From the NCBI GenBank assembly GCA_963666835.2, contig CAXXGO010000006.1, positions 736,001 to 800,000 of the forward strand: 64,000 nucleotides of DNA. Direction: 5' to 3'. The position numbers were made by a program, and so were the translations under genes. Below the pieces are notes generated by a model, which was not told the DNA's origin, ran no database searches, and was given only the letters and a program-made list of their open reading frames with translations. The stretch is from Phycisphaerae bacterium. GTDB taxonomy: Bacteria; Planctomycetota; Phycisphaerae; UBA1845. Position 1 is the first letter of the stretch, and every line of letters starts with the position of its first letter. Shown in pieces: positions 31,223 to 40,493 of this stretch.

Positions 31223-32759
31223 CAATAGTGTCCGGGATTCTCGGGGGAGTTCGGGGCGGTGGGCGCGGGCCCTCAGAAGGCGTGCAGCCAACCTAACATA
31301 AACCAAACTTGCGCCCAGCCTCACTTTGTGCTCTACTCTGGGCACGATGACGCGCAGGCGAAAGAAAGCCCAGAAAGCAGAGGAGAAGCGCAAAAGGCGT
31401 GCGCGCCGGGCCAAGTTGCCGCCCGATTTGATCGGAATCCGCTACACACGACTGATCGAAGACTACCTCGAACACCTCCATGACCAGCCGGCCCACGCCA
31501 ACCGGGACGTGTTCTACGATCAACTGGTGGTGGCTCACCTGTTGGCCTTCTTCAACCCGTCGGTTACAGGCCTGCGCAGCATCGAGGATCTCTTCGAACA
31601 TCCTCGGATTCGAAAGCGGTATGGAATCCCTCGGATGCCCAAGAGCACAGTCTCCGACGCCCAGAAGATCTTCGACCCGGCCCTACTGCTGCCGTTGATC
31701 GACTCGCTTGTGGAGCGTGCCGACATCCAACCGCATGACAACCGCCTGGATAGCCTGACACAGAAGCTCCTGGCCGTCGACGGCACCTTCTTCGCGGTGG
31801 CTCCGCGAATCGCCTGGGCGTTGTACAACCAATCCGAGAAGAAGGGGGTCCGTAAGGGCCAGATCCGCGTGCACGTCGATTTCGATGTCCTCAAGGGCGT
31901 TCCCGAATGTTGCACGGTCACGGATGGACAGATGCGTGAAGCCAAGGTGCTCGGAACGCATCTTGAGCCCGATTGCCTGTACGTCATGGACCGCGGTTTT
32001 CAATCGTATGGCCTCCTCGAGGAAATCATTAAGGTCAAGAGTTCCTTCGTCGTGCGTTTGCGTAAGAACGTGCATACCAATTCCGTAAGGGTCAAACCGC
32101 TCAGCGATGAGGATGTGGCCGCAGGTGTTGCGATCGACACCGAGGTTACCTTGGGCGTTGATCCCGAGGCGCACGACTTACCGCGTTTACGTGAGGTAGT
32201 GGTCGAGTTCACCGACCGCGAAGGTAAACAGAAGCGGATGCGTTTGCTTACGGACTTGTTGGACATCCCGGCCTGGATGATCGCGCTGATCTACCAGCAC
32301 CGGTGGCAAGTAGAGCTGTTCTTCCGATGGCTGAAGAGTTCTGCGAGTTTCCAGCATTTCTTCTCGGAAGGCGAATCCGGGATGACCGTGCAGGTCTACG
32401 TGATGATGGTGGCGTTGCTGCTGATCGCGGTCGAGACTGGCTCGCGGCCATCGAAATACGACTTTGTGATTGTCTCAGCCGTAGTTTCCGGGTTAATGCC
32501 GCGGCAAGGATCGTTCGAGATTGCTGAGCGACGGCGTCGTGAACGCCGCCGCGCCGCCGAACGGCAACGCGAAAAAAACAGGAAGTAGCGTTCCGCGCCG
32601 GTCCGCAGCCCGACCAGCGCGGCTATCGGTATGCGCCGAGTAAGGCAGCTTGCGCCCGTCGCTCCACGGGGCCTGCGCCGCCCGCGCACCGCCTCAGCTC
32701 GCGGCTCACGCCAGCGAGCCCGGATCCGCCGTGAAATCAACGGGTTCCGGACATTATTG
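31223..32759 (+). mobile_element. Complete IS4-family insertion sequence (copy 2, 1537 bp)
   Basis: Imperfect TIRs CAATAGTGTCCGG / CCGGACATTATTG; 9-bp flanks GCATCCTGC (31214-31222) and GCATCTTGC (32760-32768). Confidence 0.93.
31347..32588 (+). CDS. IS4-family DDE transposase
   Basis: AVDGT, VMDRGF, and YREK-like Y..RWQVELFFRWLK. Confidence 0.93.
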   Translation: MTRRRKKAQKAEEKRKRRARRAKLPPDLIGIRYTRLIEDYLEHLHDQPAHANRDVFYDQLVVAHLLAFFNPSVTGLRSIEDLFEHPRIRKRYGIPRMPKSTVSDAQKIFDPALLLPLIDSLVERADIQPHDNRLDSLTQKLLAVDGTFFAVAPRIAWALYNQSEKKGVRKGQIRVHVDFDVLKGVPECCTVTDGQMREAKVLGTHLEPDCLYVMDRGFQSYGLLEEIIKVKSSFVVRLRKNVHTNSVRVKPLSDEDVAAGVAIDTEVTLGVDPEAHDLPRLREVVVEFTDREGKQKRMRLLTDLLDIPAWMIALIYQHRWQVELFFRWLKSSASFQHFFSEGESGMTVQVYVMMVALLLIAVETGSRPSKYDFVIVSAVVSGLMPRQGSFEIAERRRRERRRAAERQREKNRK

Positions 32760-32935
32760 GCATCTTGCCTGCATTTCGCGCAATGCACCGAACGACATCC
32801 TTGCCCCGACATGGCTTCGGACAACGCGCGCCGTTGCGGCAGGTCTCGTTCCTCGACCATGGCCTACAGCCGTTGCGGCAGGTCTCGTTCCTCGACCTGC
32901 CCTACAGGGGGGCTGCGTGGGTGGCATGGGGCAGC
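32760..32935. repeat. REP mosaic right of the IS
   Basis: Two reverse GTAG-REPs (about 32836-32867 and 32876-32905); 32760-32860 aligns with the reverse complement of 1524-1630. Confidence 0.85.
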
Positions 32936-32972
32936 CAGAGCATGGGCCAGCCAGGCCATGCCGCCCGGACGG

Positions 32973-35615
32973 CTATGGGGCTGGCGGTTTTCGCTTCAGG
33001 ATCGGTATCAAGGGGCAGGGTACGGGGTCGCGGCCGGGGGCGAAAAAGACTATGTCCGTGCCGGCTTCGCCCCGTCTGCCGGCAAGGCCGCCGTTGTCGA
33101 CGCCGTCTTCATTAACGGAATACAGAACAGGCTCGCCGTCGATCAAACGATAGCCGAACGGGACCCCCATGAACGGATCCATCTCGTTCACCGGGTCATC
33201 AGGTGAAAGGGCGCCCGTCAGCTCCACCGGCCAGGAGCCCTCCCGATTGCGGTATTCGCACAAGAGTGCCGCAACCATCGTCGCCGAGCGCTGAGTCCGT
33301 AGCCACCCCCTGCACCGATAGCGACCCAGTCCAATGGGGCTCCATGGACTGACCAACACCCACGCCGGTCGTTTCTCCAGCGATTCTACGAGATTATCGA
33401 GCCGCCGGCCAAGGGCGTCGAAGGTAACCGAATGCCATTGGTCCAGCTCATAGTCCAGAAAGTCGTATACGGCAACGACCTCCTCCATCGAAATCGTGCG
33501 GGCCAGTGCGCGACCCTCGTCGTGCATCAGTCCGGCAAAGCCGTACATGTTGCCGCCGTGCTTGTTGAGCAGGTCGAGATCAAAGTACGCGGCATCATCC
33601 TCACCGGTGCCCACCAGCCCCTGCTCGAGGATCTGAAGATCACGAATCCGGTGCCGAATCTTGGACAGATCCCATCTGGGCGGCACAGGGTCGCGCAATG
33701 TCCAAGGCAAATAGTCACCGGGCGCTGCTCCCGCCTCTCCAATATTCTCTAGAATCGCCAAAGTGGTCGCGTATAAGTTGATCCTGACGAGCACCGCCCT
33801 CGAAACGTGGCGGGGGCCGCGCCCATCCGACAGGTTTACGGCGATCGAGCGGGCAGCGTCCAGCCCGGCGATGGCCTGCTCTCGTTCGCCGGAAAGGTGA
33901 GCGACCCACGCCCGGGCAATCAGCGCTTCAGCCCCTTTCCAACCCGCCAGCGCGGCGGGCTGTTGTGTTCGAGAGACCCAATCTTTGGTGTATGAGGCCG
34001 TTTCGACCCCAAACTGAAAGCGATGGGTACGACAGGCGTCGACCAGGTCGGCCAGCTCCGACTCGTGCGCCGCCAACATCGCCCGGACCTCGGCCTGGGC
34101 AGCGGCATCGCCGACCCGCACGGTTTCGGCGACGTGCAGCGGGATCTCGTCCAAGAAAGAAGCCACCCGACTTTCGAAGTCGTCATCCGGAATTCGGTTC
34201 AACGCTCGCACTTCCGGCAGGTTCGGATAGATTGCGGCAATCTCCGCCAACCGGTTCTTCGCCCAGTAAGCCTCGTCCAGTTGGTCCATCATGAACCGCT
34301 GGTTCCGGCGAACCGCCCTGGCGCGAACCTGATCCGTGGCTCGGGCGACCACGGCCTGACGATATAGCACGAAGGTGGTAACAGCGAAGGCGACCAGCGC
34401 CACCAGGACCGTAAGCACCGCGGCCACGCGCCAGCGATAACGCCGCAGAGTCTTACGCAGCACGTACAAGGTGCTGTCCCGCTTGGCCTCGATCGCATCG
34501 CCGGCAAGATAACGCCGCAGGTCATCGGCCATAGCCGCCGCCGACTGATACCGGCGGCTCGGCTCTTTATCCAAAGCGCGCAGGACGATGGTATCGACGT
34601 CGTCATCGAGTCCCCGGCGAATGCCGGACGGTTTGCGGGGCGGCGTATCGAGGATGTGCCGGGCGATAACCTCGCGCGGCTCGTTCATTACCGGATACGG
34701 AAGCGCATCGGTGAACATTTCGAAGAGAATCACGCCGAGGGCGTAGACGTCGCTGCGCACGTCGACTCGACTGCGGTCACGCCGGGCTTGTTCGGGCGAA
34801 GCGTAATACCAAGTGCCCGCCAGCACCCCCGGCTCGGTTATTCCAAGCGAGACCACCGCCGACGAACCCAGGGGAATCGGTTTAGCCAACCCGAAGTCGA
34901 CAATCCGAGCCGCCCCGGACGAGTCGACCAGCACGTTTGCGGGCTTAAGGTCCCGGTGAAGGACTCCGCGCTGATGAGCGTAAGCCACGGCATCGCAGAT
35001 TTGCAGAAACAGCTCGATCGTCTCGCGCGGGTTAAACTCGGTCTTAGCGAGATACTCGCCGAGCAGGTCGCCGTCGACGTACTCCATGGCGAAAAAGTCG
35101 TGACCGTCTTCCCGCCCGCATTCGTAGATTGAAACTATATTGGGATGGTCCAGGCGGGAGGCGAGTTCGACTTCGGCCTCAAACCGGCGGTGCTCGGCCC
35201 GAGAGGCGAACGTCCCTTCGCGGATCGCTTTGAGGGCGACGGTCCGCCCGGTTCCCAGTTGCTCGGCCCGGTAGACGATCCCCTGACTGCCCGCACCGAT
35301 CTCCTCCAACAGGCGGAACCGCCGGATCTTGGGAAGCTGCGCGGAGCCGCCGTCTTCACCCCAGGCCAGCAGAGAACTGGACTCGGGCGGAGCAATTACC
35401 CGCCCGGCCGTGATACCCATCGAACCCGCCCGATCACCCGCCAGTTCCGCGTCGACGGTCTGCATATCGTCAAGAAACTCGCGCAGCTCGACGGCGCAGG
35501 TGGGAAACCGATCGATGAACTCTTCAGGGTCGGGCGGCTCACCCCGATCGACTCCGGCTAAGTACTCGGCAATAGCCCGTTCGAGATCCGGACCACTTCC
35601 ACCCGGCGAGTTCAT
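32973..35615 (-). CDS. Membrane-anchored Hanks-type Ser/Thr protein kinase
   Basis: IGAGSQGIVY, VALK, HRDLKPAN, DFG, GT..YASPE, DVYALG; one TM; extracytoplasmic domain ending DPF.G.PFGY..LYSVNEDGVDNGG. Confidence 0.95.
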   Translation of the reverse strand: MNSPGGSGPDLERAIAEYLAGVDRGEPPDPEEFIDRFPTCAVELREFLDDMQTVDAELAGDRAGSMGITAGRVIAPPESSSLLAWGEDGGSAQLPKIRRFRLLEEIGAGSQGIVYRAEQLGTGRTVALKAIREGTFASRAEHRRFEAEVELASRLDHPNIVSIYECGREDGHDFFAMEYVDGDLLGEYLAKTEFNPRETIELFLQICDAVAYAHQRGVLHRDLKPANVLVDSSGAARIVDFGLAKPIPLGSSAVVSLGITEPGVLAGTWYYASPEQARRDRSRVDVRSDVYALGVILFEMFTDALPYPVMNEPREVIARHILDTPPRKPSGIRRGLDDDVDTIVLRALDKEPSRRYQSAAAMADDLRRYLAGDAIEAKRDSTLYVLRKTLRRYRWRVAAVLTVLVALVAFAVTTFVLYRQAVVARATDQVRARAVRRNQRFMMDQLDEAYWAKNRLAEIAAIYPNLPEVRALNRIPDDDFESRVASFLDEIPLHVAETVRVGDAAAQAEVRAMLAAHESELADLVDACRTHRFQFGVETASYTKDWVSRTQQPAALAGWKGAEALIARAWVAHLSGEREQAIAGLDAARSIAVNLSDGRGPRHVSRAVLVRINLYATTLAILENIGEAGAAPGDYLPWTLRDPVPPRWDLSKIRHRIRDLQILEQGLVGTGEDDAAYFDLDLLNKHGGNMYGFAGLMHDEGRALARTISMEEVVAVYDFLDYELDQWHSVTFDALGRRLDNLVESLEKRPAWVLVSPWSPIGLGRYRCRGWLRTQRSATMVAALLCEYRNREGSWPVELTGALSPDDPVNEMDPFMGVPFGYRLIDGEPVLYSVNEDGVDNGGLAGRRGEAGTDIVFFAPGRDPVPCPLIPILKRKPPAP

Positions 35616-36226
35616 GGCGTCCTCAGCTTCTTACTAAGCAACCGATTCGCTCGGCGGATCAACTGAACGGTCGCCCCGGTGGTTCGGCCGATGCGCTCAG
35701 CTACCTCGGCCAGGGTGTGCCCCTCGAGGCGGTAGAGCACCAACACGTTTCGGTAATGCTCCGGCAGTTCGAGCATTGCCTGCTTCAACCGGTTCTGGTG
35801 TTCGTTCCGGGCAACAACACTCGACGGCGTCCTGTTCTTCGAAAGCAGATGTCGTTCGGGCACGCCGATACCGGTGGATGACTGACGCCTGATCGGCACC
35901 TCGGCCGGGCAGCGTTTGCTCTGGTAGATCGACTCTGCGATGGTACGGCGAGCGATGGTGCGGATCCACGCGCGAAACGGCTTCTCTCCGCGGAACACGA
36001 ACTTCGGAGCACTGGCCAGAGCCTGGGCGAGAGTCTCCTGGCAGATGTCATCGACGGAAGTGCGCGCCAGAATGTCGGCCCCGGCCCGCCTTCTGATGAA
36101 CCTACGGATGGCATCACGTTCTTCGCAGAAGTGTTGTTCTATAAGCTGGACATTCGCCGCATTCGGAATCAACAAACTGCTCCCTTCGCCGTCCCAACGT
36201 CCGCCCATACTTGCAGTCAAGACCAT
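35612..36226 (-). CDS. ECF sigma factor (kinase-associated, planctomycete type)
   Basis: VDDICQET, FRAWIRTIA, TPSS, LPEHYRNVL..EG.T..EVAERIGRT; ATGA overlap with the kinase. Start uncertain. Confidence 0.88.
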   Translation of the reverse strand: MVLTASMGGRWDGEGSSLLIPNAANVQLIEQHFCEERDAIRRFIRRRAGADILARTSVDDICQETLAQALASAPKFVFRGEKPFRAWIRTIARRTIAESIYQSKRCPAEVPIRRQSSTGIGVPERHLLSKNRTPSSVVARNEHQNRLKQAMLELPEHYRNVLVLYRLEGHTLAEVAERIGRTTGATVQLIRRANRLLSKKLRTP

Positions 36227-36519
36227 TGTACCGCCGCCCGCCGGCAGATCACAGGGTTTGCACCGTAGACGTCCCGGCGCTTCGTTAGCGTCCACCCGGT
36301 ACCCCCGCGCGGGCGTCTCGTCCATTCCGGCGTCTGCCCGCCAGGAACAGCCGTGCCGACTCCCCGCCGGAATGGATGGGAGACGGGCGCTAAAAACACG
36401 AGATTTTCCTGCTAATGCGCGTAAAGTCCCGGCCGTCTTCCCCATTAGAAGGCTATGGGAACGTGGCGTTTGCGAAGACCGGCCTCTAGGGGTGAATTAT
36501 TTAGACTAAGGGGAGACCT

Positions 36520-37722
36520 GTGTCCTTATTATGCAACTCTTCAGAGCGTTCGGCCGGCTTCTTGGCGGAGCGATATATGACTCACGGTACCCGAGAGGAG
36601 GCGACCGCGGGTCGATCAACGCCTGCCTGGAAGCTGCGGTTTGTCGGAGCGCGCGATGTCGGGTTGGCGGACTCGGTGTATCTGCCGGCCGCGGTCTCGC
36701 ACGGTCTGACAATCGTAGTGACGGAACGTCTGGGCGGTGGAGGCATGGCGGTCGGTGAAAACCAGGCGGACGGGCCGTACGCGGCCGAGGTTGCGGAGTG
36801 TCTTCGGCGGTATCCGTTGGCTTTGGTTTCGCCGGCGTTCGCCACTTCGGCGAGGTTCGATCGGGTGCTCCGCGGGGTGTCGATTCGGCAGATCATCGTG
36901 GACGTGGCCACGGTTGCCGGGGCGGGTCGGGGCCGGTCGGACGATCAACTCCTGCGAGAGATTGCCACGTGCTTCCCGACCAGCCGGGTAATAGCACGGC
37001 GGGCTCTTTCGTCCGGTGGAGAACGGGCTCTAAGCGTTATTCAAGCGGGTCATCGGGATACCATAGTTGTGGTAAGTGACCTCACTCGCCACAACGTGAG
37101 CCTCGCGGTGGAGCCCCGGTCTGAAGCAGCGATCGCTCAGATCTTGTCCTTTGTCCAGGTTCGCGCCGGACGCCCGGGCGTGGTGTATACCGCGGACCGG
37201 GCCGCCGCCGACCGTCTTTCGGACAAGCTTACGAGCAACGGCATCCGCATCGTACACTACTGCAATGGGGAGGAGGCTCATCCACCGCGGGCGAAGGCCG
37301 AGGAATTCAACTCTGGTCGGTCGAACGTAATCATCGCTCGGGTCGGCCGAGGCTTGGGCATCGACCGGTCCGACGTCGAGTACGTACTGCACACTTCAAT
37401 GCCACGGTCCCTGGCCATGTATCTTCAGGATCTTCGCGTAGCCACCCGGGGACGTAGGTGTTCCGAGTGTCTGATTCTCTATTCGCGCAATGACGTACGG
37501 AGGTGGGCGGTGAATCTGCGTGTGGTCCGACCGGATGCCGCCTGTAAGATGCGGATCGACCAACTGCACGCAATGGATGCGTACTGCCGGTCAACGTACT
37601 GCCGGCACGCCCAGCTTCTCGAGTACCTTCACCCGGAACTCGACCTGTCGTCCTCCGATGACATCTCTTGCTGTCGTTGCGATGTGTGCATGAACGGTAT
37701 CGACGCGCGTCGTCGCGGTTGA
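36520..37722 (+). CDS. Degenerate RecQ-like protein (helicase C-terminal plus Zn-binding region; ATPase motifs lost)
   Basis: Colinear with RecQ (RHNV, GVVY..R, GLGIDRSDVEYVLH..MP.S...Y.Q, CRH..L.Y...C..CDVC), but no GxGKS, DEAH or QETGRAGR. Confidence 0.75.
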   Translation: MSLLCNSSERSAGFLAERYMTHGTREEATAGRSTPAWKLRFVGARDVGLADSVYLPAAVSHGLTIVVTERLGGGGMAVGENQADGPYAAEVAECLRRYPLALVSPAFATSARFDRVLRGVSIRQIIVDVATVAGAGRGRSDDQLLREIATCFPTSRVIARRALSSGGERALSVIQAGHRDTIVVVSDLTRHNVSLAVEPRSEAAIAQILSFVQVRAGRPGVVYTADRAAADRLSDKLTSNGIRIVHYCNGEEAHPPRAKAEEFNSGRSNVIIARVGRGLGIDRSDVEYVLHTSMPRSLAMYLQDLRVATRGRRCSECLILYSRNDVRRWAVNLRVVRPDAACKMRIDQLHAMDAYCRSTYCRHAQLLEYLHPELDLSSSDDISCCRCDVCMNGIDARRRG

Positions 37723-37982
37723 CCGGCGATCCGGTTCTGGCACGGGCGAGAAACAAAACCTGCCGCAACCTTTGCGTTTGTAGCGGCGTCTCCGCCGGGT
37801 GCGCGGCGAAACCACGTTCGGGGTTTTCCACCTTTTCGGACACCAAGTGTCGCCGGAGAATCGGTGCAGACGGAACACATTCGACCCCATGCAGGGGCAG
37901 GGCGAGACTCGCCGGGGCATGCGTACCAGTCAGCCCCGGCCGGAATCGCCGCGGAGAAACGGCAAACCAAAGGGAGACGATT

Positions 37983-39494
37983 ATGGTTCATGTCAATACC
38001 GTCCGACGGATAGCTTGTACATGCACGGGGCTGATCTTGGTGATGTTGTTGGGTGGTTGCCCGTCACCCGCGACACCGGGGAATTTCGCGAACGCGGGCG
38101 ACTTCGGGGCTACTCAAGGCGGCGTGCAGGATATGGGGGCCGCCCGTGAACTAATCGCCAGTGGCCGGGTGCCGCCGCCTGAAGCGTTCGTCGTCGAGGG
38201 AATGTTCACTGAACACGACTTAGGGCTGGAGGGGGAGGCTTGCGATCGAGTTCTCTGCCTGCGATCGGCTATCGGTATTGCACCCTCGATCGACGGGGAA
38301 TCCAGCGGTTGGTTGCAGGTAGGGCTGTCTTCGACGATCGACCCGGATACGTTCGAACGCCCGAGTCTTAGTCTGATCGCCACGGTGGATGTCTCGGGCT
38401 CTATGGGATGGGAGTACACTACCCCCAACACCGAGTACCCGACCCCCGGCGAGGTATCACGAAACCTGCTTTCGGCGATTGCCGCCGAACTTGGGCCGCA
38501 AGATCAGATTGCGATTGTCACATACGGAACGGAATCGCAGACCGTATTGCCGCTGACCAACGGAGAGGATCAGGTCACGATTCAGGCGGCTATTGATGCC
38601 CTTAGCACGGGCGGCGTGACGGCTATGGAAGCGGGGCTCCAAGACGCTTACGCGCTTGCCGAGGAAGCCGGCGGCGTTACCGAACAAGTGCGGGTGATGC
38701 TGTTTACCGATCTGCAGCCCAATGTGGGGGCAACCGAGCCGAGCGAGTTCGAGGAGATCGTCGCGAACGGGGCGAACGGTGGGGTAGGTCTGACCGTTAT
38801 GGGGGTCGGGGTCGGGCTGGGCCAGGAGCTTCTGAACGCGATCAGTCACTTGCGCGGGGGCAACGCGTTCAGCCTGTTCGACAATGAAGACGTCACGGAC
38901 CTGCTGACGGACGACTGGCCCTTCCTGGTAAGCCCGATCGCATACAACCTGACGATGGAAGTGACCCTGAGCGTAGGCTTTGAAGTCGCCGATGCGTACG
39001 GGTTCCCATCGGGTGATGACGAGGTAGCTACCGGCTACGACGTCGCCACGGTGTTCCTGAGTCGCCGCAAAGGGGCTTTGCTGTTACGTCTTGCCGCTGC
39101 GGAGGCTGAGGAGTTCACGGGAATGAGCGTTTCCGGTGATCTATCTTACGATACTCCCGATGGTCAAGCAGTAACCGAGAGCATCGAATCGACCTATGCG
39201 GGGGAACCGCTCGACGAACGCGGGCAGTTCTTTGAGCAGGATTCGGTCGGCGCAACGGTGGCGCTGGCCGTGCTGGTTTCGGCAATGAACCAGGCGGCTA
39301 CGGAATACGCCGAAGATCAAGAGCTGGCCATCGGAACGATGCAGGTGGCGTTGGCTCGCTTCTCCGGTGATGTGGAATCTCTGAATAACGACGCCCTGAC
39401 CGCCGAAGTCGAGCTGGCCGGCGATCTGCTGGAACTCATGAAGCAAGGCGCCGAGCAGGGCGATCTCTACGGCTACGGCATCGACGGCTGGTAA
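37983..39494 (+). CDS. VWA-domain lipoprotein (YfbK-like)
   Basis: Lipobox-like LLGGC; MIDAS DVSGSM, T..EAGL, FTD. Confidence 0.88.
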   Translation: MVHVNTVRRIACTCTGLILVMLLGGCPSPATPGNFANAGDFGATQGGVQDMGAARELIASGRVPPPEAFVVEGMFTEHDLGLEGEACDRVLCLRSAIGIAPSIDGESSGWLQVGLSSTIDPDTFERPSLSLIATVDVSGSMGWEYTTPNTEYPTPGEVSRNLLSAIAAELGPQDQIAIVTYGTESQTVLPLTNGEDQVTIQAAIDALSTGGVTAMEAGLQDAYALAEEAGGVTEQVRVMLFTDLQPNVGATEPSEFEEIVANGANGGVGLTVMGVGVGLGQELLNAISHLRGGNAFSLFDNEDVTDLLTDDWPFLVSPIAYNLTMEVTLSVGFEVADAYGFPSGDDEVATGYDVATVFLSRRKGALLLRLAAAEAEEFTGMSVSGDLSYDTPDGQAVTESIESTYAGEPLDERGQFFEQDSVGATVALAVLVSAMNQAATEYAEDQELAIGTMQVALARFSGDVESLNNDALTAEVELAGDLLELMKQGAEQGDLYGYGIDGW

Positions 39495-39505
39495 ACGTCC
39501 GGGTC

Positions 39506-40334
39506 TGGTGCCCTATCTATGCCGGCGTTTAGGCGGGTGCCCCATGCCGGCGCGGATGCCCTATCCATGCCGGCGTTCAGCGTGCTTAAACAGCCGCATT
39601 GCCCCGCCGCCGGCATGGGTGGGGGACGGATCGCGTAGGGCACGGTCGAGGCACGAGACCTGCCGAGAGGGCGTGCGTCACGCGGGCGTGCGGTAAGCCG
39701 TCCCGTTAGGAACGCAGGCAAGTAGCCACGGGTGGAGCGCAGCGGAACCCGTGGGGGGATTCGCTCTCCACATCCTCTCGTCCCGAAGGGCCGGCGGAAG
39801 GCCTCGCAAGCCGCGCGAGGCCGTCGGTCACCCGTATGCCACGGTCGGGGTGCGAGACGTGTCGTACCCTTTTCATGGCACGCGCCATTGCGGCAGGTCT
39901 CGTACCTCGACCATGCCCTACAAGTCTTTGCGCGACGTGCGTTTTCCGAACTTACGCCGAAGGCGTTTCACAACAAAGACCAGGGTAAACGACGCGGCGC
40001 AGCCGCGTCAGTGCCACCCTGCGTCACATCGCCCCCTTTCCACACCAACCCCGAAGTGGGTTGAACAACGGCGCAACCCCGTCGGGGTTGATCTTCGATG
40101 TGATCATGATCCCAGGGTATCCGCTGCGCGGCAACCCTGGGCTGTAGGGCGTAACGCCTTCGGCGTACTTCGGTACGCCGGAGTATTCTCGCGCCGTGGC
40201 GAGTACCCATCCATGCCGGCGCGGATGCCCTATCCATGCCGGCGTTCAGCGTGCTTAAACAGCCGCATCGCCCCGCCGCCGGCATGGGTGGGGGACGGAT
40301 CGCGTAGGGCACGGTCGAGGCACGAGACCTGCCA
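39506..40334. repeat. REP mosaic bounded by 123-bp near-identical direct repeats (39542-39664, 40211-40333)
   Basis: Direct repeats differ at one position seen by eye; they enclose a reverse REP (39890) and a 3520-type element (39954-40165). Confidence 0.88.
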
Positions 40335-40493
40335 TGATGGGTGGCACTCCGCTGACTCACGCAGTGGAGCGCCATCCGCTATTCGATCTCGCGTTAGGGT
40401 CACCGGCCGGCTTAGCTTGCCCGTGGTAGATAGTGACGGATTACCGACACTATATGGTGTTGCCACTGGTGTGGCAGTTCGAGTCCCGGGCGG

